Notes under the pieces: model-generated
Seen by the model: only the letters and a program-made list of their open reading frames with translations
The model's database searches: none
What the model was told of the DNA's origin: nothing
Program-made: the position numbers and the translations under genes
Source of the DNA: an uncultured Thermoplasmata archaeon
GTDB lineage: Archaea; Thermoplasmatota; Thermoplasmata; UBA10834
Direction: 5' to 3'
DNA length: 64,000 nt
NCBI GenBank assembly: GCA_963719945.1
Contig: CAVRDX010000001.1
Location: 64,001 to 128,000 of the forward strand
Part shown: positions 38,589 to 49,246 of the stretch, piece by piece
Position numbering within the stretch: position 1 is the stretch's first letter
Layout of the letters: each line of letters starts with the position of its first letter

Positions 38589-39332
38589 TTGGCATCAATA
38601 AAATGTCCGAAGTGCGCAGCGCCTGTGACGTTCGACGCTGAATCCAAGTTCGTGAAATGTTCGTACTGCACATCGCAGATATTCATCGACAGGAGTGGAG
38701 CGGGTTTCTACTACGCCCTTCCATATGCAGTCAGCGAAACGAGCGCCATCGGCACGTTCCGACGCTGGGCGGCCGGGTCGACCAAGGCAAAAGACCTTGA
38801 CAAGGCTGCTCAGATCGCAGGTGTGAAGAAGCAGTATTTCCCAGTCTACATGTTCAAGCGAGATGTCAATGGCAAGGAGCAGGTCCTGATAGAACCAGCT
38901 GGCTCGACCACACTGCCTGGCCTGCACAGCCTGAAGGTGCCAGCGGGGGATCTCAAGATATACGACGATTCTTTCGATGTCGGTGGCGCCGAGTTGATCA
39001 AACCCGACATCGAGATGCTCTCCTACATGGACAATCTTCCAGGAAAGCCCAAGGAGCAGGCCCTGGTGTTCTTCCCGATCTGGAAACTCGATTACGTGTT
39101 CAATCAGAAGAGGTACGAAGTCATCATCGATGGCTCTGCAGGTGAGGTCTTCTCAGCCGAGTTCCCGACACGGAGCTCGAGCGCCTATGTGGCCGTCGCT
39201 GGGATAGGATTCGTCGCATTCGTTGTCGAAGGTCTCATCGCAGCGTCCTCTCTTCCCCTCGCGCTGGGATTGATGGCGTTGACCGTTGCTGGTGTCTTCG
39301 CAAGTGCTTTGTTCGTCGCAAGGAGGATGTGA
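38589..39332 (+). CDS. Zinc-ribbon protein with two C-terminal TM helices (YdjG-like)
   Basis: CPKCAA...CSYC, YFPVY, FFPIW..Y...IDGS.G.V. Confidence 0.85.
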   Translation: MASIKCPKCAAPVTFDAESKFVKCSYCTSQIFIDRSGAGFYYALPYAVSETSAIGTFRRWAAGSTKAKDLDKAAQIAGVKKQYFPVYMFKRDVNGKEQVLIEPAGSTTLPGLHSLKVPAGDLKIYDDSFDVGGAELIKPDIEMLSYMDNLPGKPKEQALVFFPIWKLDYVFNQKRYEVIIDGSAGEVFSAEFPTRSSSAYVAVAGIGFVAFVVEGLIAASSLPLALGLMALTVAGVFASALFVARRM

Positions 39333-39336
39333 TGAT

Positions 39337-40338
39337 ATGGCCGGCATATCAGTAGGACTCAACTGCCCCGCATGTGGTGGAGCCATATCTGTCGAAGAGG
39401 GAGAGAACACCGTCATCTGCCAATACTGCGATTCCACTCTCTTCATCGAGGGGGACAAGGGCGTCTCCACGATCGCATTCAGTAACAGGGTCGCGAAGGA
39501 TTCTGCCATGAAGGCGACTCAGACATGGTGGACCCGAGGTTTCAAGGCAAGGGACCTCAAGCACACTGGGCAGGTCACCGAGATCTATCCGATATATCTG
39601 CCGTTCTGGAGGGCATTGACCCGGGTGGCAGGCTGGATATGTGGATACGAGGAACGGAGACACACCGATCAGAAGGGGAATGTCCGGGTCGAGAAGATAC
39701 CGAAGGAAGTGATGGTGCTCCAGGATTACACGTTCTCTGAGATCGCATGCGATCCAGGCGATCTCGGCATCCGGACTCTGAAGAACTTCTCGGGCGCTAC
39801 TGGGTTCGCAGATTTCGATATGATCCCCACATTCGAAGCGACCACGAGCAGGGACGATGCCGTCGTCCGCGCGAAGAACGATGCCCTGGCAAGGGCGAAG
39901 GCTAGCGTGCGAGTACCTCATGTGACCTTCCAGAAACTGCATGTCCTTCCGAAGCGTCTGTCGATGGTCTACTATCCCGTATGGGTCGTCAGATACAACT
40001 ACAGGAACAGGATGTACATGTCCACGGTCGATGGCGTAACTGGCCAGATCATGTCCGGACGCGCTCCTGGCGATCCCATGTTCCAGAGCCTCGCGGTCAC
40101 AGCGGGGACATCCTTGGGCGGGATAATCGCTGCTCTCGGAATCATCTTCGCCGGCGGGAGCGCAGAGATAGCGATTGGCGGGCTCGCCATAGGTATCGGT
40201 CTCCTCTATGTCACATACAGATTCTTCCGACACGGGTCTGAGATAATCGAAGGCGAGTTCAAGGAGAAGAAAGCTTCATCGAAGCAGGCTCTCAGGGAGA
40301 TCCAGGGCATCGCCAAACAGCTACAGGGGAGGTACTGA
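39337..40338 (+). CDS. Zinc-ribbon protein with two C-terminal TM helices (YdjG-like)
   Basis: CPACGG...CQYC, YLPFW, YYPVW..RY...VDGVTG. Confidence 0.85.
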   Translation: MAGISVGLNCPACGGAISVEEGENTVICQYCDSTLFIEGDKGVSTIAFSNRVAKDSAMKATQTWWTRGFKARDLKHTGQVTEIYPIYLPFWRALTRVAGWICGYEERRHTDQKGNVRVEKIPKEVMVLQDYTFSEIACDPGDLGIRTLKNFSGATGFADFDMIPTFEATTSRDDAVVRAKNDALARAKASVRVPHVTFQKLHVLPKRLSMVYYPVWVVRYNYRNRMYMSTVDGVTGQIMSGRAPGDPMFQSLAVTAGTSLGGIIAALGIIFAGGSAEIAIGGLAIGIGLLYVTYRFFRHGSEIIEGEFKEKKASSKQALREIQGIAKQLQGRY

Positions 40339-40339
40339 G

Positions 40340-40927
40340 ATGAATGTGATCCAAGTGACATGTCCGTCCTGCAACACGCCGATATACTCCAAGGTGCGGG
40401 ATCGGCTTTTCTACTGCAACAGATGCAATACCATGCACGTCCGGGACGGAGGGGTCGAGAAACTGGATTTCGAGATCGCTGAGTTCAATCCATCCGCTCA
40501 GGGAGAGAAGGTGTACCTGCCGTTCTGGAGGATGTATTGCTCATTCACCATACATTCGAAGAGTGTCGAAGGTGGCACTATCTCCCGGCTTGCTTCATGG
40601 CTACGCGGAGGTGGGAATAGCGGAAGCCTCTTCATCTATGTGCCCGCAACGGAGATGGACACGGCCACTTTCAAATATTATTCGACTTTGCTCACCGCGA
40701 ACCCTCCGAGATACAACACGAGGTTGAACTTCGGGGACGTACGGCGGATGCCTGCGGTGATGAAAAGAGATGAAGCTGTTGAGTTGGCTGATTTCGTGGT
40801 CGTCACCATGGAGGCTGAGAAACCAGGCATACTCCAGAAGCTGGATTACTCGCTGACCGTGAACGATTCGAAGGTCGTCTACCTGCCATTCGTACTCTCA
40901 CAGTCCGGCATGGCACCAGCATTCTGA
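40340..40927 (+). CDS. Soluble zinc-ribbon protein, paralog-like to the two preceding genes
   Basis: CPSC...CNRC, YLPFW, VYLPF. Confidence 0.8.
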   Translation: MNVIQVTCPSCNTPIYSKVRDRLFYCNRCNTMHVRDGGVEKLDFEIAEFNPSAQGEKVYLPFWRMYCSFTIHSKSVEGGTISRLASWLRGGGNSGSLFIYVPATEMDTATFKYYSTLLTANPPRYNTRLNFGDVRRMPAVMKRDEAVELADFVVVTMEAEKPGILQKLDYSLTVNDSKVVYLPFVLSQSGMAPAF

Positions 40928-40932
40928 ATGGC

Positions 40933-41661
40933 TCAATCACTGGGTTTCCGCGGACGCTTCGTGAGGAAATCTCTGATAATATCCGCGTGATCGAAGGCCA
41001 TCTCTGGCAGCTGGTCGATGTCTACCCACTCAGCAGCGCTGGCATCGTCTCCGGCTCTGACGGTCCCCTTCTTCCCGCGAAGATGGTAGACTGCTGTCAC
41101 GAAATGCCCTCTAGGGTCCCTATCCGGCGAGGAATAGACACCGACAAGGTCCATGATCTCAGTCACAAGTCCCGTCTCCTCCTGCACTTCACGGACCACG
41201 CAATCCTCCAGTCTCTCCCCGTGATTCAAGAAACCACCGGGGAGCGCATGGTATCCCATGAATGGGTCGTTCTTTCGCCTGATCAGCAGGATCTTGTCAT
41301 CCCGCATCACGATCCCGTCCGCGGTCACGGAGGGCTTCTTCCAGTTGTTCTCGAACTGACTTCTCAGGTGGACGGACTTGTTCTCGTATTCTCTGAGCAC
41401 CGTCTCGCCGAGTTCAGTGAGTTCCGTCTCGCCCCCATGGCTACCTCCGCGGGTCGAAGCCACGACATCTCCTCCGGCGTTCTCGGATATTCTGTGTATT
41501 ATGCCCCATGCATGACGATACGACATCTCCATTTCCTTGGCGGCTTTCGAGAGTGATTTTGTATCCTTGATGATCCTCAGGAGTTTTGCTCGGCCATCGC
41601 TGATTATGAACCTGTCATCACGAACCAGCCAGAACTTCAATCGAAGGTCGTACACGATCAT
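40933..41661 (-). CDS. ModE-type winged-helix domain fused to a Nudix hydrolase
   Basis: LL..I....SLSKAAKEM.MSYRHAW...RGG..GG.T.LT; Nudix box GGFLNHGERLEDCVVREVQEETGL, RDPR, AFDH. Confidence 0.9.
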   Translation of the reverse strand: MIVYDLRLKFWLVRDDRFIISDGRAKLLRIIKDTKSLSKAAKEMEMSYRHAWGIIHRISENAGGDVVASTRGGSHGGETELTELGETVLREYENKSVHLRSQFENNWKKPSVTADGIVMRDDKILLIRRKNDPFMGYHALPGGFLNHGERLEDCVVREVQEETGLVTEIMDLVGVYSSPDRDPRGHFVTAVYHLRGKKGTVRAGDDASAAEWVDIDQLPEMAFDHADIIRDFLTKRPRKPSD

Positions 41662-41674
41662 ACCTCTCCGGACA

Positions 41675-43324
41675 TCACTTCATCATGGGTATCTTGACTT
41701 TGCACTTCTTTGCGACCCTGATTGCCTCTGGGTATCCTGCATCCGCGTGTCTGATGACTCCCATGCCAGGGTCGGCTGTCAACACCCGCTCGATCTTCTC
41801 CTCAGCCTCTTTGGTCCCGTCAGCTATCACGAGCAACCCTGCGTGTGTGGAGTAGCCGATCCCCACACCACCTCCGTTGTGTATGGCGATCAGGTCGGCA
41901 CCAGCGGAGGCGTTCACGAGGGCGTTCAGGAACGGCCAATCGGCAATCGCGTCGCTACCGTCCTTCATGCCTTCGGTCTCTCTGTTCGGGGATGCGACAG
42001 AGCCGCAGTCAAGGTGGTCTCTGGTTATGACGATCGGTCCGGACAGCTCCCCGGAGCCAACCATCCTGTTTATTATCTTGCCGAACCGCGCCCTCTCCCC
42101 ATATCCGAGCCAGCAGACTCTTGCAGGCAATCCCTCGAAGGGCACCTTGTCCTCCGCGAGCTTTATCCAGTTGACGAGCTGCTTGTTCTCCTTGAACTCC
42201 CTCATGACGACCTTGTCCGTCTTGAGTATGTCCTCAGGGTCTCCACTCACCGCGATCCATCTGAACGGTCCTCTGCCCTCGCAGAACATGGGTCGTATGT
42301 AAAGAGGGACGAATCCTTTGAAATCAAAGGCGTTCTCAACGCCTGCTCTCTTGGCCTGAGCCCGGATATTGTTACCGTAATCGAATACTATCGCCCCTTT
42401 CTGCATGAATCCGAGCATCGCTCTGACATGGACTCCCATGCTGTCCAGGGCCCGTTTGATATACTCCTCGGGGTCGCTCTTCCTAAGCTTAGTGGCCTGC
42501 TGTACGCTCAGCCCGCTCGGTATGTAGCCCCCAAGTTCGTCATGTGCGGAGGTCTGGTCCGTCACGACATCGGGGATGATCCCCTTCTCCAGCAAGGCTG
42601 GGTGGGTCTCGGCGCAGTTGCCCAGGAGCCCGATCGAAAGAGGTTTCTTCCGCTTCTTCGCATCGAGAGCCATTTTGACCGCATCGTCCAACCCCTCGAC
42701 CAGCGTGTCGCAATATCCGATCTTGACCCTCCGCTCTATCCTCTTGCGGTCGCACTCGACCGCGATGCACACTCCGCCGTTCATGGTGACGGCGAGAGGT
42801 TGTGCGCCTCCCATCCCGCCAAGGCCGCCTGTAAGGACTAGCCGTCCCTTCAGGTCATCTCTGAAATTCTTCTTGGCACATTCAGCGAATGTCTCGTATG
42901 TGCCTTGGAGTATGCCCTGCGTACCGATGTACGCCCATCCTCCAGCGGTCATCTGGCCATACATGATGAGTCCCTTCGCCTCCAGCTTGTGGAACTCCTC
43001 CCAAGTGGACCATCGGGGTACTAGATGGGCGTTTGCGATGAGCACTCTGGGAGCCAGCTTATGCGTCCTGAAGACGCCGACAGGCTTCCCTGACTGGACT
43101 AGCATTGTCTCGTCGTCTTCCAGTTCCTTCAAGGTGCGGACTATGGCGTCGTAGCAATTCCAGTTCCGGGCGGCCTTCCCGGTGCCTCCGTATATTATGA
43201 GGTCCTCAGGCTTCTCGGCGTTCTCCAGGTTGTTCTGGAGCATCCGGAGTATGGCCTCCTGCCTCCACCCCTTGCAGACCCTGCTATTCCCCCTTCTAGC
43301 CTTCACCTTGGTCATTCGACTCAT
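41675..43324 (-). CDS. hutU: Urocanate hydratase
   Basis: [47 protein letters not shown]. Confidence 0.97.
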   Translation of the reverse strand: MSRMTKVKARRGNSRVCKGWRQEAILRMLQNNLENAEKPEDLIIYGGTGKAARNWNCYDAIVRTLKELEDDETMLVQSGKPVGVFRTHKLAPRVLIANAHLVPRWSTWEEFHKLEAKGLIMYGQMTAGGWAYIGTQGILQGTYETFAECAKKNFRDDLKGRLVLTGGLGGMGGAQPLAVTMNGGVCIAVECDRKRIERRVKIGYCDTLVEGLDDAVKMALDAKKRKKPLSIGLLGNCAETHPALLEKGIIPDVVTDQTSAHDELGGYIPSGLSVQQATKLRKSDPEEYIKRALDSMGVHVRAMLGFMQKGAIVFDYGNNIRAQAKRAGVENAFDFKGFVPLYIRPMFCEGRGPFRWIAVSGDPEDILKTDKVVMREFKENKQLVNWIKLAEDKVPFEGLPARVCWLGYGERARFGKIINRMVGSGELSGPIVITRDHLDCGSVASPNRETEGMKDGSDAIADWPFLNALVNASAGADLIAIHNGGGVGIGYSTHAGLLVIADGTKEAEEKIERVLTADPGMGVIRHADAGYPEAIRVAKKCKVKIPMMK

Positions 43325-43406
43325 CTACTACAGACCTTTTCATCGATAATAGGCTTTTCTTGACTTCCATGGCAGGCTTTATCATAGAGGCCGTGTATGC
43401 GAGCGG

Positions 43407-44420
43407 TTGAAGATGTTCAAAATACCCACGGTCCTCACGGCGGACGAGATACTGGATAAGGCCTTCAAGAAGGCCTCCAAAGTCGATCTCAGCAGCGTAA
43501 CCAAGTTGGAGACTGTGAGGGAGATCAACATTGCCAAGCTCAAGAGCTCCAGTGACACCATTGTGAGCACGATGGGGAAGTACGTCAAGGCGTTCCCCAG
43601 CATCGAGCAGCTGAGCCCGTTCTATAACCAGTTGATAGATGTGACGATCGGCAAGGACCAGCTCAGGAAATCATTGGGCGCGATTGACTGGAGCAGGGGC
43701 CAGGTGGCTAGGGTATCCAAGGACGCGGTCCGAAGAGTGGCAGTCGCGAGGAAGATGGGTGAGATCGACGAGATCCGAAGGGGCGCATATGGCCGGATAT
43801 CATCGGTCGTGAAGCAGGTCGGCAAGGATCTGAAGTTCCTCGCCAATGCCAGGAACATCATACGAAAGTTCCCGACGATCGAGCCCGCGGTGCCGACCAT
43901 CGTGATCGCAGGCGCTCCGAATGTGGGGAAGAGTCAACTCATAGGCAGGATATCGACCGCCAAGCCGAGGGTGGCTGTGTATCCGTTCACTACACAGGAG
44001 GTGTCCGTCGGCGCCTTCGAGAAACGGTATATCCGATATCAGGTGATAGACACCCCAGGTCTGCTCGACCGTCCTCTCAACGAGAGGAATCCGATAGAGC
44101 TCAGGGCTGTGCTCGCGCTGAAGTATCTTGCAGATGTGATAGTCTTCATAATGGACCCTTCTGAGACATGTGGATACCGTGTCGATGAGCAGGAGCGCAT
44201 ACTTGAGACCATCAGATCGGAGTTCGGTGACATACCGATCATTATTGCGGAAAACAAATCCGATGTCCTTGTGACCGAGACCGATCGTCCAAAGATATCT
44301 GCCGAAACAGGCGAGGGTGTGCCAGAGCTCGTCGATTCGGTTGTGGATGAATTAAAGAAGAGAAGTGGTTTGGAGGGGCCCTTGACAGGGCACCTCGGTT
44401 CTAAAGGACTTTCATCCTAG
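43407..44420 (+). CDS. NOG1 family GTPase
   Basis: GAPNVGKS, YPFTT, DTPGLLDRP, NKSD, N-terminal helical domain. Confidence 0.93.
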   Translation: MKMFKIPTVLTADEILDKAFKKASKVDLSSVTKLETVREINIAKLKSSSDTIVSTMGKYVKAFPSIEQLSPFYNQLIDVTIGKDQLRKSLGAIDWSRGQVARVSKDAVRRVAVARKMGEIDEIRRGAYGRISSVVKQVGKDLKFLANARNIIRKFPTIEPAVPTIVIAGAPNVGKSQLIGRISTAKPRVAVYPFTTQEVSVGAFEKRYIRYQVIDTPGLLDRPLNERNPIELRAVLALKYLADVIVFIMDPSETCGYRVDEQERILETIRSEFGDIPIIIAENKSDVLVTETDRPKISAETGEGVPELVDSVVDELKKRSGLEGPLTGHLGSKGLSS

Positions 44421-44423
44421 CGC

Positions 44424-44894
44424 TCATCTGGCGGAGAATCTCACATTTACTCGGGATCCTTCAGAGACACCGAGCTTCTCTAGATCCGCATGCGACACGT
44501 GGATTTCTTCACGGTCTGCAGACTTCGCTGGCTCGACGCGGACTTCTGTCTTCATGTCTTTGTTTATCAGATGTGCGTGTTGTCCAGATTGGAGACCGTG
44601 CATCTTCAGGAGTTCTTCGTGCAATCGCACGACTCCCGATGAGAGATCCTTTGCTTCTTTTGCACGCAGTCTCCTCGTTGCCATGTAAGCTCCGGAGAGC
44701 GATTCGTTCTCCCTCTTCAGCTCTTGGGAGACCAATCTCCGGAGTTCCTCTGTGGAGAGCCCTTCCGAGGGTGTTATCCTCTCAGTTACCCTGCGGGCAA
44801 CCTCCTCGCTCGCGCCTGCTCTCCTCACGGATTGCTCCAGCTTCCGCTTGTCAAATTCCTGCATCTCGCCAGAACGCTTCCTTATCTTTGCCAA
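44424..44894 (-). CDS. ATP-cone domain fused to a double-psi beta-barrel-like domain
   Basis: IRKRSG..QEFD..KL..SV..AG...STEELR..V; two GD-box-like repeats (L.HGLQSGQ, LEKLGVSEGS.V.V). Confidence 0.75.
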   Translation of the reverse strand: MAKIRKRSGEMQEFDKRKLEQSVRRAGASEEVARRVTERITPSEGLSTEELRRLVSQELKRENESLSGAYMATRRLRAKEAKDLSSGVVRLHEELLKMHGLQSGQHAHLINKDMKTEVRVEPAKSADREEIHVSHADLEKLGVSEGSRVNVRFSAR

Positions 44895-45110
44895 TTTCTC
44901 ACCTCCCCATCGTTCTATGCTGCCTCATCTGTATTAATTATTATGACGTTCGGAGGCGTTTCTCGTCAGCAAGGCTTATAGTCAGATGCAATGATTATCG
45001 TCTGGGATCGCACCTAGCCATCCATTCTGCGGAGATGGTTCTTCCAAGCTCCGCACCAGTCATTCAGTAAGGGGGAGCAGCACACGGCTGGAGTCATATG
45101 CAGCGAATCA

Positions 45111-48100
45111 ATGGAGGAGTACTTCTCATCGCTTCAGAAGGCGGTAGACCATTGCTACGACGTCGCTAGGCGCGCGAGGATGAAGGCTTTCGACCCCGAG
45201 CTCGATGTCGAGATACCGCAGGCCTCGGACCTTGCTGCTCGTGTCGAGAAACTCTTATCCGACTGGGATGTCGAAGGAGTCGCCGACCGTATCAGGGAGC
45301 TGGCGAGAGACCACAACAGGGAGGAGATATCCCTCATCATCGCGAAAGAATACGCGAAGATGCCTGCGAAGACGGCCGAGTTCGCGATAGAACGCGCGAT
45401 CAGGGTGGGGTTGGCCGTCCTCACTGAAGGTATACTTGTCGCCCCTCTCGAAGGCATAGCCGAGGTCTCCATAAACAAGAACGCCGACGGGTCGGATTAT
45501 CTGACGGTATTCTTCGCTGGCCCTATCCGATCTGCAGGTGGGACCGGTCAGGCCATGAGCGTTCTCATTGCAGATGTCGTCCGTCGCGAGCTAGGGATCG
45601 GCAGATACCTGCCGACCAACGGTGAAGTCCAGAGGCTAAAGGAGGAGATTCCTCTCTACAAGTCCTGCCAGCATCTCCAATACACCCCTTCCAACGAGGA
45701 GATCGACATCATAACCAAGAACATACCGATCTGCGTCGACGGTGAAGGGACGGAGGACGAGGAGATACAGGGCTTCAGGGACCAACCCCGCATAGCCACC
45801 AACCGGGTTAGGGGCGGAGCGTGTCTCGTCATCGCCGAGGGGATGTGTCTCAAGGCGCCGAAGATCCAGAAACACGTCAAGCGTCTGGCCATCGACGGAT
45901 GGGAGTTCATCGATGAATACGTGAACTTGAGGAAGAAAGGCCAAGAGACCGATGGCTCCGGGATCTCGCCGAGCGTGAAGTTCCTGAAGGACCTCATCGC
46001 CGGGAGGCCGGTCCTGTCATATCCGTCCCGGGTCGGTGGTTTCAGGCTGCGATACGGTCGAACGAGGGCGACGGGGTTGGCCGCAATCGCCATGAATCCT
46101 GCTACCATGATAATGCTGGATGAATTCGTTGCCATAGGCACTCAGATCAAGATCGAACGGCCAGGCAAAGCAGGCGCGATCACCCCATGTTCGGCGATCG
46201 ATGGACCGATAGTCCTGTTATACAATGGTGATGTCGTGTATGTCCCGACCGTCTCCAAAGCCCGCTCCCTGATGGGCCAGGTGAAGGAGATAATCGATGT
46301 TGGGGAGATACTGATACCTTTCGGGGAGTTCGTCGAGAACAACCATCTTCTCATGCCTTCGGGGTACACGATCGATTGGCACGGGGAGGAACTGCGGGAG
46401 AAATGCGGCAAACTCCCGATTGGATGGGAGGTGTTTTCTCTGGATGAGGCCATGCGCATGTGCAGGGAATACAAGGTCCCTCTACATCCCAATTACAACC
46501 TGTTCTGGTATGATCTCCCTCCAACGGACGTGCTCTTCCTTCGCAATCATCTGATGCAGAATTCTGAGTTCACGGATGGAGCGTTGTTCGTGAAGGATGG
46601 GGAGCGGGTGAAGAGCCTCCTCGAGAGCCTGGGCGTGCTCCACAAGGTTGTCGCCGGCGGATACAAGGTGGAGGAATCCACCGGTTCATTGATGCTCGGT
46701 CTCGGACTGGAGGACAAAGGCGGACGATTGGTCGGAAATGGCAATGAAGTGCCATCGAGCGAGAAAACGATGGAGATCGTGTCAGCTCTGGCAGGGGTGG
46801 AGATACGCCCGAAGGCTGTGACACGGATAGGTGCTCGGGTGGCTAGACCTGAGAAGGCGAGGGAGAGACGGATGAAACCGCCACCCCATTGTCTATTCCC
46901 TGTGGGCATAGCTGGCGGCCAGCAACGGATGATAAACGATGCTGCGCAGGCGGGTGAGCTCAGGGTGGAGCTGGGTGAGCGGATCTGTGCCACATGTGGG
47001 GCGAAGGGGTTCATGTCCAAATGCAGGTGTGGGGCCCACACGACCCAGACTGGAGAGACCTCGCTGCAGTCGGTGCCTCTCGCGGATATGCTTCAGAGGG
47101 CCTTCGACGCGGTTCAGATGAAGCGTCCGGTGGATGTGAAAGGCGTCCAAGGCATGATATCGAAGTGCAAGACGCCTGAGTGTCTGGAGAAAGGAGTCCT
47201 GAGGGCAAAGCACGACCTCTTCGTGTTCAAGGACGGAACCATCAGGGTGGATGCCACGGATGTTCCGATCACTCATTTCAGGCTATCTGAGATAGCGCTC
47301 AGCGTGGAAGCGGCCCATATGCTGGGATATGTTAAAGACATCTCAGGGAACGAGATCAAGAGCCCGGACCAGCTGGTCGAGATAAAGGTCCAGGACGTCA
47401 TCATACCCAACTCGTGCGTGGACTACATGATGGCGACAGCACGATTCATAGACGATCTACTGGATCGATTCTACGGCATCGAGCCGTTCTACAGGATATT
47501 CAGGAAGCAGGACATGATAGGCCATCTCGTGGTCGGACTTGCCCCACACACATCTGGTGGAGTCCTGTCCAGGATCATAGGATTCACGGATGCGCACGTA
47601 GGGTACGCGCACCCATTCTTCCATGCTGCCAAGAGGCGCAACTGCGACGGGGACGAGGACTCAATCATCATGCTGATGGATTGCCTCCTCAACTTCTCCC
47701 GCGCCTTCCTTCCGGAGCGACGCGGCGGGCTGATGGATGCCCCGTTGGTCCTTACGACCAAGCTGGACCCGAACGAGATCGACAAGGAGGCCCACAACAT
47801 CGACGTGTCCTCCAGATACCCGCTGGAATTCTTCAGGGCCACTCAGAGATATGCCCACCCGAAGGAGGTGGAGTCCTTCATGGATCTGGTTGGCAGCAGG
47901 ATCGGAACAGTCCTTCAGTACGAGGGCTTGGGGTTCACGCATGATGTCGACGACATCTCCGAAGGGCCGGTCACATCGGCCTATACCTCCTTGGAGACCA
48001 TGGACGAGAAGCTCGATGCCCAGATGGCCCTTGGCGTGAGGATACGCGCAGTCGATGTGAACGATGTGGCTCACAGGGTGATCACACGACATCTCCTGCC

Positions 48101-48392
48101 GGACATACAGGGCAGCTTGAAGAGGTTCACGGGACAGACCCTTCGATGCCCAAAGTGCCATGCCAAGTATCGACGGATACCTTTGAAGGGCACATGCTAC
48201 TGCGGTCACAAACTGACTCTCACGGTCTACGAGGCCGGCGTGAGCAAGTACCTGGAAAAGGCCAAATCGATGGGGGCGACCTTCAATATCCCGCCCTACA
48301 CGCTCCAGAGGATAACCTTGCTGGAGAGCGCGATAAATTCGTTGTTCCAATCAGATAAGGTGAAAAACGCGAAGCTGGACGAGTTCCTGTAG
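45111..48392 (+). CDS. polC: DNA polymerase D large subunit DP2 (no intein)
   Basis: LTEGILVAP, GPIRSAGGT, GGFRLRYGR, HAAKRRNCDGDED, C-terminal zinc finger. Confidence 0.97.
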   Translation: MEEYFSSLQKAVDHCYDVARRARMKAFDPELDVEIPQASDLAARVEKLLSDWDVEGVADRIRELARDHNREEISLIIAKEYAKMPAKTAEFAIERAIRVGLAVLTEGILVAPLEGIAEVSINKNADGSDYLTVFFAGPIRSAGGTGQAMSVLIADVVRRELGIGRYLPTNGEVQRLKEEIPLYKSCQHLQYTPSNEEIDIITKNIPICVDGEGTEDEEIQGFRDQPRIATNRVRGGACLVIAEGMCLKAPKIQKHVKRLAIDGWEFIDEYVNLRKKGQETDGSGISPSVKFLKDLIAGRPVLSYPSRVGGFRLRYGRTRATGLAAIAMNPATMIMLDEFVAIGTQIKIERPGKAGAITPCSAIDGPIVLLYNGDVVYVPTVSKARSLMGQVKEIIDVGEILIPFGEFVENNHLLMPSGYTIDWHGEELREKCGKLPIGWEVFSLDEAMRMCREYKVPLHPNYNLFWYDLPPTDVLFLRNHLMQNSEFTDGALFVKDGERVKSLLESLGVLHKVVAGGYKVEESTGSLMLGLGLEDKGGRLVGNGNEVPSSEKTMEIVSALAGVEIRPKAVTRIGARVARPEKARERRMKPPPHCLFPVGIAGGQQRMINDAAQAGELRVELGERICATCGAKGFMSKCRCGAHTTQTGETSLQSVPLADMLQRAFDAVQMKRPVDVKGVQGMISKCKTPECLEKGVLRAKHDLFVFKDGTIRVDATDVPITHFRLSEIALSVEAAHMLGYVKDISGNEIKSPDQLVEIKVQDVIIPNSCVDYMMATARFIDDLLDRFYGIEPFYRIFRKQDMIGHLVVGLAPHTSGGVLSRIIGFTDAHVGYAHPFFHAAKRRNCDGDEDSIIMLMDCLLNFSRAFLPERRGGLMDAPLVLTTKLDPNEIDKEAHNIDVSSRYPLEFFRATQRYAHPKEVESFMDLVGSRIGTVLQYEGLGFTHDVDDISEGPVTSAYTSLETMDEKLDAQMALGVRIRAVDVNDVAHRVITRHLLPDIQGSLKRFTGQTLRCPKCHAKYRRIPLKGTCYCGHKLTLTVYEAGVSKYLEKAKSMGATFNIPPYTLQRITLLESAINSLFQSDKVKNAKLDEFL

Positions 48393-48400
48393 GCAGGATC

Positions 48401-49243
48401 TCATTCTTCCAGCTTGGCTATCTGTTCTCTGAGGGTTTCGAAGCGCTCCTCGAGGATCTTCAGACCCTTTATGAGCACTTCCTTCGCGAGAAGCGAACCG
48501 TCCGTCTCGAACCTGAAGATTATCTTGCTGGGATCGCCGGAGACCTTGATAACGCCTGTGTCGCAGACCTCTGTGCATGCGTTGCACAGGTTGCAGTTCT
48601 CCGGGTTCTTGATGACGATCTTCTTGTCCTCCTTCACGAGCACGCCTCTGGGGCATACACTCACGCAAGACATCCCGGTGTCGCACTTCGAGTGGTCTAT
48701 CTCGATCTTAGCGTAATATCTGTAACCAGCACCGAGGGCAGCCTGCCACCTGGCGTGCTGTCTACCGGTCCCGAGCTCAGCCGTTGCGTATATCAGCAAG
48801 GCCTGGTCGTCTGCGAGCTTGACGATCGGTATGAGGTCGTCCTTTACTCTGTACTTCTCGCTGCCTATCGGCTCAAGGTCGCCACTGTACACGGTGCATG
48901 GCCCCTTCTTGTTCAGGGAGTACATTACCGTGCAGCTCGGACAGCCTTCTCCGTTGCAGCTGCACTTGGACCTGTATATGAACATATCCAGATCGGTCGG
49001 TACCGGTACGAGGGACAACCTGTGTGCCAATATCTCATCGAAAAGCGGGGATATGCTCTCGTAAGCCGTCCCACCCTCGTCCATGATCGGTCCAAGGTGG
49101 AATTCGACATTGTCTATCGCCATCTTGGGGACATCGGATACGATCGTCCTTCTGAGCGCGTTCACGAACATCGGGTTCGTGTCGCTTATCACGAGTTGCG
49201 CCTTTGTCGGCGTCATCTCAAGTATATCGATCTTCATCTGCAA
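48401..49243 (-). CDS. rpoD: RNA polymerase subunit Rpo3 (D) with Fe-S ferredoxin-like insert
   Basis: NALRR...VP.MAI, DEILAHRL.LVP, G.G..HARWQ, CNLCNACTEVC, FETDGSL. Confidence 0.96.
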   Translation of the reverse strand: MQMKIDILEMTPTKAQLVISDTNPMFVNALRRTIVSDVPKMAIDNVEFHLGPIMDEGGTAYESISPLFDEILAHRLSLVPVPTDLDMFIYRSKCSCNGEGCPSCTVMYSLNKKGPCTVYSGDLEPIGSEKYRVKDDLIPIVKLADDQALLIYATAELGTGRQHARWQAALGAGYRYYAKIEIDHSKCDTGMSCVSVCPRGVLVKEDKKIVIKNPENCNLCNACTEVCDTGVIKVSGDPSKIIFRFETDGSLLAKEVLIKGLKILEERFETLREQIAKLEE

Positions 49244-49246
49244 CCA

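Noticed and set aside
39349-42841. Antisense ORFs 39349-40233 and 41537-42841
   Set aside because: They lie opposite well-supported genes (zinc-ribbon protein, hutU).
45111-48392. Intein in PolD large subunit
   Set aside because: The HAAKRRNCDGDED site is uninterrupted and the length is normal.
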